In this document: positions 49,059 to 62,974 of the stretch, in pieces | How positions within the stretch are numbered: the stretch's first letter is position 1 | Layout of the letters: each line of letters starts with the position of its first letter | Made by a program: the position numbers and the translations under genes | Notes under the pieces: generated by a model | Told to the model about the DNA's origin: nothing | Databases searched by the model: none | What the model saw: only the letters and a program-made list of their open reading frames with translations | Source of the DNA: Batkoa obscura | Taxonomy: Eukaryota | Assembly: GCA_030770535.1 (NCBI GenBank) | Contig: JASVEC010000018.1 | Span: 992,001 to 1,056,000, forward strand | Direction of reading: 5' to 3' | DNA: 64,000 nucleotides

Positions 49059-51946
49059 TCAAGATATTAACCAATGTGCTAAAGACTCCGTAACTTCTTT
49101 AGATTTAAAATCTAGTAGAAAGGTAGAAGAATTATGGTGTTTGTTCAATATATATAATATCAATTTCTTAGCTTTTAGTCGTTCTACTTTTATGTCACTT
49201 TGATTTAAACTTAATAATATATCATTCTCTTTCCCTTTTTTATTGTTTTTGACTATCAATCTAATATTGTTGTTCTCTTTATAAACTTCTAGCTGACATT
49301 TACCAATCTTAAACCAAGTATGGTCCACTAACCTCAATTGAAATAGTTTAAAACTTAAATTAGCTAAACATGTTATCTCCCTACTTTCCTTATTGAAATA
49401 ATGTTCCTTGACTAAATCATGTTCATACTCTATTTCATCTAATTCTAAAAGTGGGGAACAAATTTTATTGTTTAGCTTAATAAATTCTTGCTCCATAAAC
49501 AAAATATTGATTAGCTCTTCTGCTTCTTGTGGATTGGACATTACTACTTTATACCTTGCCTCTTTATTTGGTAAATAAAATTCTATTTCAACTTCGCTTA
49601 GCCGTAATATGTTTAATTTATCATTAGCTAATGAAGCTATTTTAATTATTTGTTTCTGTTCTTTTAATGTGGTAAATATTACTATACATTTATTGGCTTG
49701 CTTATTTAACTCCCTTAATTCAATTATACTTTGATCTAACAGTTTCCATTCATAATCGTAATATGCATATAACCCACAGGGTGTTGAAAGATATTTACTA
49801 ATCCCTAATTTGCTACTCTTTACTCCATTTAGGTCTGTATTTATAGTTGAACTAGAGCGTGAGCTTATAAGATTGCTACTAGTTGTAATATCTGATTGTG
49901 TAGATTGGTCGCTGGTAACGTCTTCTTTAGAACTTTGGTTTGTTTTAATATAACTCAAACTTAGTGCACTCATTGCTTTAACTTTAAATCCAGGTTTTGC
50001 CTGCATAACATAGTTTAGACTTGCTTGAGAAGAATGATCTGTTGAAGAATCTGTGGTAGTGGTTTGACTTGAAGGTAGACTTGGCAAGTATTTCAGATTG
50101 ATTGGCTCCTTGTTTTCTAAATAACCTATACAATTAATTATATAATAAAAAGAAGGCAAAAATATTACTTGATGGAGATTTTATATCATACTCATCCGAA
50201 GTTAACCCTGGGGATGTCATCGACAGCCTATTTAAACAATTGAAGGCATTATCATTGTTTGTAAAGTTTCCTTTGATTGGAATTTTATTGACCTGATATA
50301 GCTCCATTTCTTCTTTAACATGCTTATAGCTGGCGGATGTTTTTCGAATTAAGTTCATAGCATCGTTATAATACGATTTATTTCATTAATTAAATTATTA
50401 TCTTCACTATTAGTATCACTCTCTTCATTATTAGAGTACGTTCTTTCTACTTCTCTTGAATTCTGTGGCTTTAATTCATTAAACTTATTTACAAAGTTCC
50501 ATTTTGTCTCAGCATTGTTTGCCATTAATTTTATAGCCAAACTTCCTTTTATTGTAATCAATAACGAGTTACCTAAAAGAATTAAGAATGATAATAATGT
50601 ATTAAATAATGATTACTACCATATGGATCCCCAGCTCTAGATTTTAAGGGTACCATAGTTAAAAGGTTCAAATCATGACAAATGGTAATAAGCTCAATAT
50701 CATGTGTATTAGTATGTTGCTTTTCATTGTTGATATACAGTGAATGCTCTAAGGTTGTTAATAAAAATTTATCATTTAAAAGTATCCCTTGTATTTTATG
50801 TAATTTATCTAAGTTCAAATACTCTTTATCTTTTAGCCATTTAAAATCAACAACTTCAAAACTATTTTTTAGTAATAACGTACGATGTTTATCCGTTAAA
50901 GTAATATTCTAAATAAAATAGTAAGTCACAATATATGTGTAATTTAAATCACAATATGTAGCTTACTTTTTTCTTTAAATTCAGTTCTTTCTCTAGCTTG
51001 GAAATCTGTTCAAAAGCATTAATAACTGTTTTTGATTGATGTATCAAACTTTGTAAATAATCTAAATCTTTAGTTTCTTGTTCTTCAATCATTCCTTTCT
51101 ATTTATTAAAGTTAGCATTAATATTTCAAATAAATCAGTAATATTTTACTTGTAATACTACTTTATAACTCATCAGTAACTCTAATGGTCTAAACATGTA
51201 GATTTCTAACTGTTCACCTGGAATTTCCTAGAAATTTTACATTAATGTATGCCATTTTTGTGGAAATAAATTTAATACATGATTTCCCTCTAGCACTTTC
51301 TTTAACATTTTATAAGCCTTAAATAAATGATAAGTATAAGCTCTATAAGTTGGTTCCATGGCATTTAGCTAAGTATAATATTAGTCTACAATTATGTTGA
51401 TGGCTTATCAAAATTACTGCTTTCTTAATAACAACCAAAATATTTTGGGATAACGGGTATATATCTAATGAAAATTTTTTCAAGTTCTAAACAGATTGTT
51501 AGTATTATATGAATATAACTTTGACATAAGTTTACTAATAACAAGCTATGATGTAGTTCAGATAAAGTATATAATGCATCAAAAATTAAATAAAACAATT
51601 CTTTATCTGGCATATCAAGCGTACGACATGGTATTAATATATTCTATAAAAATGAGTCATGGTTATTGTAAACTTTATATTGGGTTACACTTGAAAAAGC
51701 GTCAAACTCAGTTTGAAACTTTAACTCCATTTCAATTAAATAAGCAAGCGAAAAATTTCTATCGGTCTTAACAATGCTAACATTGGTACTATCTTCACTT
51801 GAGTTAGTGTTAGTATTCGTTGACGTAGATTTGGTTGGATTAAAGAACTGAGATGCTGTCTTTAATAATTGACTTGATCTTAGCCTTTTCCCTATAGGAT
51901 TCTTTATTTTGTTATTTATATTCTGATTAATTAATGAAGCTAGCAT
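49059..51946 (-). CDS. Multi-exon DH-domain (RhoGEF-like) protein with PH-like domains
   Basis: Spliced N-terminal exons give LIEMELKF..., IF..L..LSELHHSLL and YMFRPLELLMSYKVVLQ, resembling DH helices; the last exon has WFKIGKCQLEV, typical of PH/RanBD folds; exon structure only partly resolved. Confidence 0.55.
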
Positions 51947-52789
51947 TTAAACTGAGTATTTAATACAAGATATATCGTTCTTCCTTTTCTTTATAATTGA
52001 ATGCTTTTAAAATATTGAAAATGAAAAGGTATTATAATACGAATTGCTTTTATTATCCTTCTTTTAGATAAAATAAATTGTAGTTGAATTGAATACTCTT
52101 AAATTTAAAAAAAGAAATAAAAAGAAAAACTTAATTAAAAGAAATCAAATAAATCAAATAAAATTACCTTATTGTTTCATGAATACTAAAACAGAAGAAT
52201 ACTATGGTAATGAATAGTACCTTTTTTGTTTTTTATCTTTTTCCTATACCTATTACCGCCCAATTTTTTAATTCTTACTCAAGTTTTTTCTGTCCAATTT
52301 TAGATTGAGTAGAGTAAAATTTTAACATGTTTTTCTCAAACGTTTCAAGTGAAAATCGAAATTTATCAAAAATAAAAATAAACATAAAAGTGAAGTTAAA
52401 ATGGGTTAAACTTGTAATTGTTTATTTTGTGATATTGAAAAACATTTTTTTTAATAAATACAAAACTTAACGACTGTAGTATCAGTAAAACTTCCAACAT
52501 CAAAATTGATAAAAGCTGTTTCTATTTTTAAAATACTTCAACTTTAAACTTAAAATTGGAGAGTTTTATCAAAGCAAAACTATGTTTTGAAGAAGAGTGT
52601 TTAGTGTTTATTCTTAGTTTTGAGCACATTTTTCTCAATGACTTGATTGATATTAAAAACATGTTAACTTTTATAATATAACCAATTTTGATTTTAAGTT
52701 ATTTATAAGTTATAATCAAAATATATTAAATAAAGCATAATAAAAATTTAAAGTTCAAATTTATTGTACTGTACAAACCATTTATTAAA

Positions 52790-53345
52790 AAGTTAAAGAG
52801 TTTCTTTTAGCTAAACGTACTTTAGCTTCCTTGAAGCTGCTAACCCAGGTAGTCTTATATTTAATAGGTATAAAAAGCATTGATAACCTTGTAATTCCTT
52901 TTGGCAACAAGAGTTTCGTGTACATCTAGTATACACAATACAAAACTATAGTTCTTTTGCCAATCAAACTTTTAATATCAATGTCTTCTAAATTTTATGC
53001 TACATAAAGATAAATAAAAATGGAAATAAAAAATAGCATCACCTTTTTAAAAAATTGTCCAAAGTACTTTCATTTTCAATTAGTATTGATAAAGGTGAGT
53101 GGTGAGATACTCCCTCTCTTCAGTCAAGGTTCAAACTTGAATTCTTGGTCTGACAAAAGAAGAATGGATTGTTCGTCAAAGAAGTACTATATGTATTATC
53201 TTTCAAAGTAGTGAGAAGTCTATATAGCTTGTCAAAGTGTCCCCATATCTTCTAAACCTCGAAACTTTCTTTAAATATTCTATATATCGATATTCTTGAA
53301 ATGCTCAAACTATCTTAAATAAATCAAACCGTCCAACATGCATGT
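52790..53345 (-). pseudogene. Possible decayed gene fragment of unknown family
   Basis: Higher GC; protein-like frame (HVGRFDLFKIV*...YFFDEQSILLLSDQEFKFEP*) broken by several stops. Confidence 0.3.
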
Positions 53346-53384
53346 ATAATCAAAATAAAGTTGATATTGCTAAAAATACCATGT

Positions 53385-53738
53385 GGGGATGTTTTTTTAG
53401 TTTCATCACTTTTTCCATTTTTTAAGCGCTATTTAAGTGGAAAATTTGTTAGTAAAGTTCTTAAACATAAAAACACATCCCCATATACTTAATTTAACAT
53501 GCTTAGAAAATTTGTTTTCTAAAAAGTTTAAAGATACTTTACAATATGGGGATGTATTTTTGTATTTAAGAATTTTACTAATTTTTCCACTCAAATATCG
53601 TTTAAAAAATGGAAAAAGTGATGAAGCCAAAAACATCACTATATGGGGATGTGTTTTTTTATTTGAGAATTTTACTACAATCTTTCCACTCAAACAGCGC
53701 TTAAAAATGGAAAAATAATGAAACTAAAAAACAGTCTC
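53385..53738. mobile_element. Three MITEs (53385-53482, 53548-53640, 53645-53738); the last two in tandem
   Basis: Family termini; shared ATAT at 53641-53644. Confidence 0.88.
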
Positions 53739-54412
53739 ATATATTGAATATAATAGTTAATGTTTACTAATATAACTTAGCAAGTAATTTAAGACTTAAG
53801 GTTTATCATATAAAAATCGTTAATTTTTAATATCAATTAAACTTCTGCAGAAATGAAAAACCTTATGTAGACCATTAAAGGAATGGAGTTTAAGAAGGTG
53901 CTGAAATACCAGAACACTTACCAAAAAAGTGAGCAGTTGTATTGGACCCTCTACTACATTCACATTTTATTTCCTATCTTGTAGTGCAATACTACATTCA
54001 CTTTCCACCCATAAATAAACTTTAGAGTTTATTGGTTCTTTCAAGGTCCTTAAAAAAATTTATAAATTTATACCTTGTTGAATTTTCTTCTTGTATAGTT
54101 TAAGACAAAAGAATTAATATCAGTAGTACGTATATAGTTACTATATTCTAACTTCTAAAAACAAAAAACTATTATTATAAAAATACATTTTTCTTTGGTA
54201 ATGGTGATATTTTATCATTTTTGGTCTTTAAGTCTAATATTGTATTAGTACATATAAATTTAAAACTTTGGAGCATATTCATGTTACAGTTTTATACTAT
54301 AACCCTTTTTTAATATTAGGAAAAATTTCTATAATAACTAATTATAACAAAACAAAATCGTAAAAAAATTACAAATATAGGAAATAAAAACTATTTCATT
54401 TAGAATAAACAC

Positions 54413-55059
54413 TTAGCTTGAAAGGGGAATTTCAATTTCTCTTATTCCATTAGCATCTGCTACATCAAATTTGAAGTTGCTAAAGTTGATAATAAATCTA
54501 GTCTTTAATTCCAAAAGACATTTCTTGATCACTTCTTTAGCTTCCTCTAATTCCATATCTGGTTTATAATAGCGATCCAATAATGACATTAAATAAAAAG
54601 CTCCATAACCATGAGAAGCGAAATTTACTGACTCACTACTTGCTAAATAATCTAACCAATAAAGTTTTGGCCCGTCTTTTTTACTCCAGCCTGAAATCAA
54701 GCTATTTACTTGGTAAGGATTCTTTATATCATAGATTAAAAATAAATAATAAATTATGTAAAATTAATTACTCTAGAACGTAAAGATTCGGCTAACTGGC
54801 GACGAGTAAAAGAGGCGACCTGGGGGGTAGTAAGATCTTCACCATTATTAGTAAAATGAAAAAGTTGAACATTTTTTTGAATAAATTCGGCAAATTGAAC
54901 AGTGTCTCCGGATTCTCCAGTAAAGTAAATGGCATTATGTTTATTAAGGATACGTGATTTTGGTTCAGTTGATTTTAATACAGTAATGGATCTAATTACT
55001 GTAGTGTCTCCACCACATATAGTGAAATCTTTTCCAACAAGGCCTACAACTACTTCCAT
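54413..55059 (-). CDS. PRE1: 20S proteasome subunit beta 4 (PSMB2 orthologue); intron 54722-54771
   Basis: GESGDTVQFAEFIQKN, LAESLRSR-NPYQVN, LYWLDYLAS, HGYGAFY, LDRYYKPDM. Confidence 0.94.
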
Positions 55060-55222
55060 TATAATTGAATTGAATAAAGCTATTTTGCTTGGTTTGTGCT
55101 TTTTTCTAATTTCTAAGATGACGTTTCTAATTTGCAAATAATTGTAGCAAATCAACTACTTTTTTGCAAATGTTAAAAAACTAATTTTATATTAAAAATT
55201 ATAGTCTAAGTTTATATAAAAG

Positions 55223-55560
55223 ATGAGTGAATTGAAATATGAAATATTAGATGAAGAAGGATATTTAAAAGAAAGTATAGCCGATTTAATAGAAGAAGTC
55301 TTTGAAAATTTTGATGTAGATAAAGATGGAGTATTGAATAGCGAAGAACTGCAAGCATTTTCTGTCAAATTAAATGGTAAACCATTCAGTAAAGAAGAAT
55401 TAAAAGAGATCGAAGAGTATTTCGATATTGATGATAATGGTTTCATTACTAAAGCTGGATTCCACCAAATGTTTGACTTACAATCTTCGCTGAACCTGAA
55501 GAAACCATTAAAGATTTAGAAACGTTGGGTTATGATCTGGAGAAATATTTGGAAAAATAA
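55223..55560 (+). CDS. Small EF-hand protein with an apparent 1-nt frameshift near 55488
   Basis: EF loops DVDKDGVLNSEE and DIDDNGFITKAG; the shifted frame continues AEPEETIKDLETLGYDLEKYLEK*. Confidence 0.7.
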
Positions 55561-55869
55561 TTACAATAAAAATTATACATACAATGGTAAAGCTATTTTA
55601 AATGCTATTTGTATCATAACATTACTAATGTTAGTTTGTTTTTTAAATTGATGTATATATGTTTAATAATTTTTAAAATAAATCTTAATTTTATTGAATA
55701 GTTAAGGCAGAATTTAAAGGATATGAATTAAATAAAAAAAGATAGAAAGTTGAAAAGAAAATGAAGGAATAAAAGGATGTGAAGGTGAAGTAAAAATAAA
55801 ACAACAAAAAAAGAACAAAGGTAAAAAAGACCAAAAGATAAATGGAAGACATAACCAAAAAATAATACT

Positions 55870-56850
55870 ATTATTATTTTCATCTACATTATTATCATTG
55901 ATATTATTATCGTCAGTGTTATTGTCATTACCAGTATTTTGCTTTTTGATGATTCTATTTTTTGAATTTCTTACAAATTAGTTAATTAAGATCTTATTAC
56001 CAATATAGTTTGATACTCTTGAACTGAGTTTTCTATAAGTGTCAATAACATAATTTATATATTCTAAAATATCTTTTTTGCAATTAATTTTAGCCGTAAT
56101 AGCATCAATTTTACTCCAATAAGTTTGTTTTTTTCAAAGAATCTTTTTGTTTTATGTTTACTAGTTATGTGTTTATTTTTTTTATTTTCTAGATATCGTT
56201 GAATGTTGCTCGTTATTAGTGGAGTTAGTAGCTAAGGTTTCAATAGCGCTATTACAATTTGAAATTAAAGGTTTTGGTTTATGATGAGAATTTTTGGATG
56301 ATGTTGGCTGTTGATGATTTCTGTAAAGGCTATGAGCAAAGCTTCAGATATATTGTTTTTATCTAAGGTAGGTAGCTTTGGTTTGTCGGGTAATTTCCCT
56401 ATATTACTTTTTGACCATTTTCAACGGAATTTACAACTAAGGCTCTATTATTATTACTAGAATTTATAGTTGGGGCTTTTAGTTTGTGAGGCTAGTTTTT
56501 AGGTACTATTGGTTTTTGGCTATTTCCAGTGGGTTGGTAGTCAAGGTTCTTGTAGGGTTGATATGAAAAATCCCAGTGCTATTATTTGTACATTCAAAAA
56601 CTGAAGGGCTATTGAGTAAATTATTAAGGCTTGGGATTAAAAGGAGTTGGTTTGTGGTGATAGAGTTCGGAGGAGGAAATAGCTCAATAGAACTCCTTTT
56701 GAAAGTAAAATAGAGTAAAGCATATCAAAAGTATTCTGTTGATTTATAGCATTGAAGTCGGTGTTCTTCTTGTAAATCTGGCTGCTCAGTTTGGAGGCCT
56801 GTATAGATCGTATAACCTTTTAAACCTTCTTCGCCATTTAGACAACAGGT
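55870..56850 (-). pseudogene. Possible decayed gene of unknown family
   Basis: Higher GC and coding-like composition on the minus strand with scattered stops; no long ORF. Confidence 0.3.
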
Positions 56851-56949
56851 AGTTTGGTATATCAAGTACTTAAGTACAAAAAGATAGATACTGACTATGA
56901 AATGGTGACGATTATATAATGACTTTGATGTATTTTTATTGGCTGCTTT

Positions 56950-58725
56950 CTAACTACCCACAATTCTGCAACAAGATATTGGAAAAATAACAAAGTATTG
57001 AATTAGATGCTTGTCGTTTTTAAAGTTTATTTTTGCATAAAATTAGATATAGCCAATTATTAATAAGTTAATTAAATACAGGATCCTAGATCTTTATCTC
57101 AAAAAGTATTTTTTTATTGTCATGATAGTTTCTAATACAATATTATCCAGTTCTGACATTAATATACAACTTAGTATATATATGAATGATTCCCGTATTA
57201 TGAATATTATGTTTTGTTTAATGGATATAAAAGTCATGATAAGTGGTGGAGGCACTAACATCCATTTGTGCCACCATCAGTAGCTGATCAAGCAGACGAA
57301 GCATCTAGCCTATCTGATCCAAAAGAAGGACCAAAAAGGCAACCAGAACCAGAACCAATAGTTAAGGGAGTTAAATAATTGACTAAAAAAATATTGAAAA
57401 GAATGAGGCCTTTAAAGAAAAGGATGTTGAATCTCAAGCTCATAAAAACATAATTTTAGTCAAGTTTTAACTTGTCTCAATAACACTTTTGCACTTGAAA
57501 ATACTAATATTACTATCCTTATTAACAAAGCTGGTAATTTTGCTATATCAGCTAAAAAGTATGAGATTAACATGATTTTGTGGCTGTTTTATTTGAAATA
57601 AAAGAATACAATGAATGTTTAAAGTATATGAGCAGGCAGCTGAAACTGGGCGTGAACATCGTGCCGACTTTAAACTGATAGCAAAGTAGGTTTATGGATT
57701 TAATTTTAAATTTATGTGTTTAACCTTTATTAGAGTTTTTGATTGTATTGGTAATGTTTATGTAAAAAGGAATGATTTAGATAAGGTTATCAAATATTTC
57801 AATATGTCTCTTACTGAGTATTGTACTGCTGGTATTCTTACCGACTCAAAGAAGAAAATATAGTTAGTAATTTAATGATGGTTGAATTAACATAGAATTT
57901 CAGGCTGAAAAAGCTAATCGGTTAAATAAAAGGAAGCTTATTATAACCTAGATTTAGTTAATCAAACAAGAGAAAAAGAAAAAGAAAAATTCAAAGAGTA
58001 ACTTTTTGGAAGCTGCTAAACATTATACTGAAGCCATTAAGAGAATTGAAAAGGATCCAAGTTGCTATTCTAATCGTAAAGCTTGTTATACTAAATTAAT
58101 GGTTTTTCATGAGCCTATAAAAGATTGTGGTACTTATTAGATTAGATTCAACTTTTAATAACTAGCTTTATTTTACTTCTGATACAAATAATGTTAACAT
58201 GAATTTTTAGTCAAAGCCTATTTACATGAAACCATATTTGAATTTTTAAGATTATGGCAAACATATTGAAATTTGCGAAGAAGTAGAACAATATGATGTC
58301 GATAGAAAGTATACTAATGAAATTAAAAAGATTTACAAAGCTAATTGAGTTTTAATTTTATTACCATCTGAATGAATAACTGAAAAAGAAGGCCAAAAAG
58401 CATTAAAGAGAGCTGCTGAAGATTCAGAAGTCTAACATAATATACAGGATCATGATATGGGAGTGTTTTTTTTGACTTCATTATTTTTTCCATTTTTTAA
58501 GCACTATTTAAGCAGAAAATTTGTTAGTAAAATTCTTAAACACAAAAATACATCCTCATATAGTAAATTTTACAAATGTAATCTAACTTTGCTGCCACTC
58601 AAGTGTAAATTTTTTATATTGTTGTTTTATTGATACTGTACTTATTTCTATGTTTAGGCATATAAAGAATCCTACTATTGGTTGCAATATTTGCAAATTA
58701 AGTTTAGTATTATCAGAATGTGTTA
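56950..58725 (+). pseudogene. STI1: Decayed STI1/HOP co-chaperone pseudogene (DP1 to DP2 region) with introns
   Basis: [42 protein letters not shown], and a final KNP.I block; many stops and frameshifts; MITE insertion. Confidence 0.85.
58459..58557. mobile_element. MITE inside the STI1 pseudogene
   Basis: ATAT TSD, family core. Confidence 0.9.
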
Positions 58726-59483
58726 ATAAATTAAATCCGACTGTTTTTTTTAAATTACATTAAGATATAGTTTAATTTCACTAATCAAAATTAAAAATTA
58801 GAAAATTGATCTCATCTCAATTATTTCATTATCATTCTAATATATAAAATTAAATTAAATTGATATAATTGCCTTATTTAAGATAAAGTTTTATTGAAGT
58901 GGCTCGGAGAAAAGTTTATATTAGCATTACCAATATAGATGTTACTCTTTTGTTATATTAATTATCTTTACTAATTACTAGAAATCGCTTCCAAACACTC
59001 AAACATCTCCTTTATGGATGTAACGATGTTATCTTAATCTTAACATAATAAAGATTATAAAATTCAATAATTCAATATAAAACTCATAAAAAATTTGACA
59101 AAATAAACAAAACTCATAGAAGAACATCAAAAACTTTTTATTAATTATAAAAAACTAAAACCTAAATTGAAAAATATAAAATACAAAAAATAATTAAAAA
59201 ATAAAGTAAAATAAATAAAAATAGCTAGCTAAATAAATAAAAATCATTAGTTTTGGGCTGTGAGATCATCATCATTATTTCTTTACAAATCCGACATCAT
59301 AACCTGGACACATGGACTACGGTTCAAATTGAGATTTAAAATTTATTAAAATAAAAGTGCACAAGAGTTGGCATAAACAATAGAGTTATAGAAAAGTAAT
59401 TGTGTTTATAAAAGTAGTTGAAACCATAGAACTCTACTAATAATAATTGCCTTAATAATACTTGAAATTTTGGATTTTTAAAT

Positions 59484-61013
59484 TTATAATCCAAAATCAA
59501 CATCCAAATCATCTAAATCTAACTCCCCTAAATCTTGGTCATGGTCCAAATCAAAATCAAGTTGATCAACTTCAAACTCTAAATCTAACCCATCAATAAT
59601 TGCATTCTCATCGGTTGACTTGGCATCCCCATTCACATCCTTACTCTTCTTTATTGTATGCTCTTTGGCTGGTGAAGGACTTCTTTCTCTCTTTTCATTC
59701 TTTGCGGAACTAACTGGTAATGGAATAGTTTCATTTTCTTTTTTATTATCTTTTGTATTTACATCGCTAACTCCATTACCTGATTGATTATTTTTATTTT
59801 CTTGATTTATTTTTGGTGGTGAAACAGAGCCAGTAGAATTGGAGGTATTGAACCCTTCTTTATTATTTTCTTTAGCTTGTCTTTGGCGTTTTTCTTTTAA
59901 AATTTCCTCAAGAGACTTTACTTTGATATCTTTAAATTGTTCTTCAGAAGCTTTCTTAGTATTAGAAGGAGGAGAGGACTTGACCTTATCCATAGCACGA
60001 GAATTCGCTTTATTTTCCTTGTTCTTGTTGTTATTATTTTCTTTATTATTAAAATTAGATAAACGATCATTTATAGAACGTGGTTGATTTGCTTTTTTGT
60101 TTGTTTCTTTGGTATTACCATTTTGTTGTTGTTGTTGATTATTCTGTTGATTAGACTTATTTTTAAAGTTGTTCTTGTTTTGATGTTGACCATGACCGCC
60201 ATTGGCAGCTGGTTGCATATTGCTTTTAGGCACAAAGCTTAAAGTGCCATTGGAATGAGCGGTGTTGTTACCGTGTTTTAGTAACCCGTTTTGACTAGAC
60301 ATAAAACTAAGGCCTCCATTTTGTTTTGGTGATATCTTTTGTTGGTTGTTGACCGAGTGACCATTGTTCTTCGAATTAGATAATCCAGGTTTGGGTACAA
60401 AAGGTCTTGCATATGGATTAGGTAACCCTGAAAAGTTACTTTTAGCCTCACCTTGATTATCAACAGAACCAGAATCGGATTCATGAGGTGGCGATACAAC
60501 TTGTGCATTAATAGCTTGAGTAGCTACTGAACGAACACTTGGTTTTGGAATGACATTTGGTATAACTTTTTATTGTATAAGCATAGGTCTAAATATATTT
60601 TAATAAATGCACTCACTTGTTTTTGGCATGGAATGTTTGAATGGACAAGTTGGTTTCAAACAACCGCCGTTGAGTTCCCAATAACATTGAATTTCTGCTT
60701 TGGAAGCTTGAGCTACCTACAACATAAAATAAGTATTGTAGCAGATAATAGATAGATAAAAACATACTGGTTGATTAGGAACATGAAAAGTAGAATGTAG
60801 TTTATCGCAATTATCAGTTTTGCAAATCTTAGTGGTAGACCAGTCAGGGCAAAGGACTTTATTGGTTTTACATACTTCATTGTGTCGAAAACTACACATT
60901 GCGCCCTTTAACACAAAGATAAGATATTAATTAAAAGAATAAATTAAGCGAATTACTTTGGTACAACCATCAGCAAGGAAAAAATAACAATCTTGTCTTG
61001 AATCTATAGTCAT
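59484..61013 (-). CDS. Triple CCCH zinc-finger protein (ZC3H11A-like), 4 exons
   Basis: DCYFFLADGCTK-GAMCSFRH, CPDW...C...C.KLH, CYWELNGGCLKPTCPFKH; later IKVKSLEEILKEK and an acidic tail. Confidence 0.8.
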
Positions 61014-62741
61014 TGTTGTTTTTTAAAAAGGTTCTGGATGAAGATTCTTGTTAAAAATTTGAAAAAAGGTTCTAAGATACTAAATTTTATGATTGCAACT
61101 TTTATTATTTTGACTCAGCACTTTAAACCAATTAAAGTACTAACCTTGGACTTTATTGATTCAATGGGTTTATTCCATTGGTTGGTCTTATATACAATCT
61201 TGTCATTTTTGCTTTTTAAGCCAATCATAATTCTGGGTTCAACTGCTTAATTAATGGAATTAAGCTGGGGATTATAATTACCTGTTAGTAAACAGTTGAA
61301 TTCAAATGCTTAATTTTATATAATCGAAAACAAAGCATTTTATATCATATTAAAATGAATATGTGATATATATGACAATTATAACATTTCAGTTTCATTT
61401 ATTAAAAAGTATTAAAATTCTTAATTTATTAAGCAAAATTATTAAATAAAATCAAAAAATGGGATTCAATTTGAAGGGCCACAGTTTAAAGTGAGACAAT
61501 TTGAGTATGTCATTTTTAAAATTTATTTCATTTTTCCAGCTAATATTAAAAAACAGACACAATAATGAAAGACAGTCTTATTATATAAGCTACTTTCTTA
61601 AATAATCCAAGATTTTTAAAAAAGAAGCAGGTAATTGGGTACAACATCAATTTTGTTTTTTCTCATTATTTTTTTAAAACCTAACTCGATTTTACTATTA
61701 CAATTTATCATTCTTACCAGGTAGCTTAGTCAAAGGTTTTTTAGATTGCTTTACAATTTATCATCTATTTTTTCAATATACTTATTACCATTACTGGCAA
61801 CTAAATTTATTTTTTTAGCTTTAGAACATTTTGTTTTAATTCCTAAATATTTATTAAAAGCAATTATTAGCATATAAAAAGTAGTCTTTACTATACCAGA
61901 AATCCTCTTTATCATATTAAATACATTTATTACTAAATAAGCAATATAGTACAAAATCAGAAGAACAAAATATGTTAAAACAAAATACAACTATGCTATT
62001 AAACCGCCTACTATTTTATTTTGTAAATAGAATTAATTGTTATACTCTCAAAAATAAAGGTATCAGAGTTTTTTACCACTATTTCTACAAGTAACAATGA
62101 CTTATTAATAAATGACGGTTATTTTATGAAAAATAAAATACTCATTAGTTTAAAACAAATTTTGTTACAGTTCCTTAGTAAATGAAAGGTAGTTTTTTAA
62201 GTTCTGATTTAACTCAGAAATTTTTTTAAAATAAACTTGAAATCAAGAGCTTAAAAAAAATAGATAAGTAATTTAGTAATAGTATATAATTTATTATCCT
62301 ATCTTTAATACTAATCATTAAAGTAAAAAATCTATTTTTAATATTAATTAAAAATGAAAATTTGTATTTCATTTACTATTTATTAGAAACATAAAATGAA
62401 CTCTTTATAAATAATTTCCATTCTTGAAATGTTAGCTTCAAATAAAAGTGCTATTTCCGTTGGTAAGATCGATTTATTCCAAGATAAAATTAAATTATAT
62501 GAAACTAAAGATTATTAGCAGTTAAAGTATTTCTTAAGAAATAACTAATATAATTTAACAAAATACTCCATTTACATAGTTTCATCCTTTAACAATGAAT
62601 ACTTAAAATAAAAATAAAAATAATCATTATTAGACTATATATAAATACTTAATTTCTTTTATTTTTTAAACTAATTTTTACACTTTACATTTGCTATTTT
62701 ATTATATTGTCTGCATCCTTCTTTTATAATTCAATTACAAT

Positions 62742-62907
62742 ATGCTACAAAAAAACCTAATATTGAGCATCCTCATTGTATCTTTAATCCGTGGTCAAGC
62801 ATTAACCATAGATAAAGAACCCACTCCAATATTGCCTAATACCGTTCAACAAGAGAATTCAAATACAAATAATTTAACAATTAACAATAATAATAACGAA
62901 GCATCTG

Positions 62908-62974
<67 letters not shown>

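Noticed and set aside
53095..53150. tRNA-like T arm TCAAG-GTTCAAA-CTTGA
   Set aside because: No D arm, anticodon arm or acceptor stem; lies in a decayed coding-like stretch.
55060..55155. N-terminal extension of PRE1 in the ORF track
   Set aside because: Homology starts at MEVVVG (55059); the extension begins at a non-ATG codon in the divergent promoter.
61751..61990. 79-aa hydrophobic ORF
   Set aside because: Non-ATG start, AT-driven composition, no recognisable motif.
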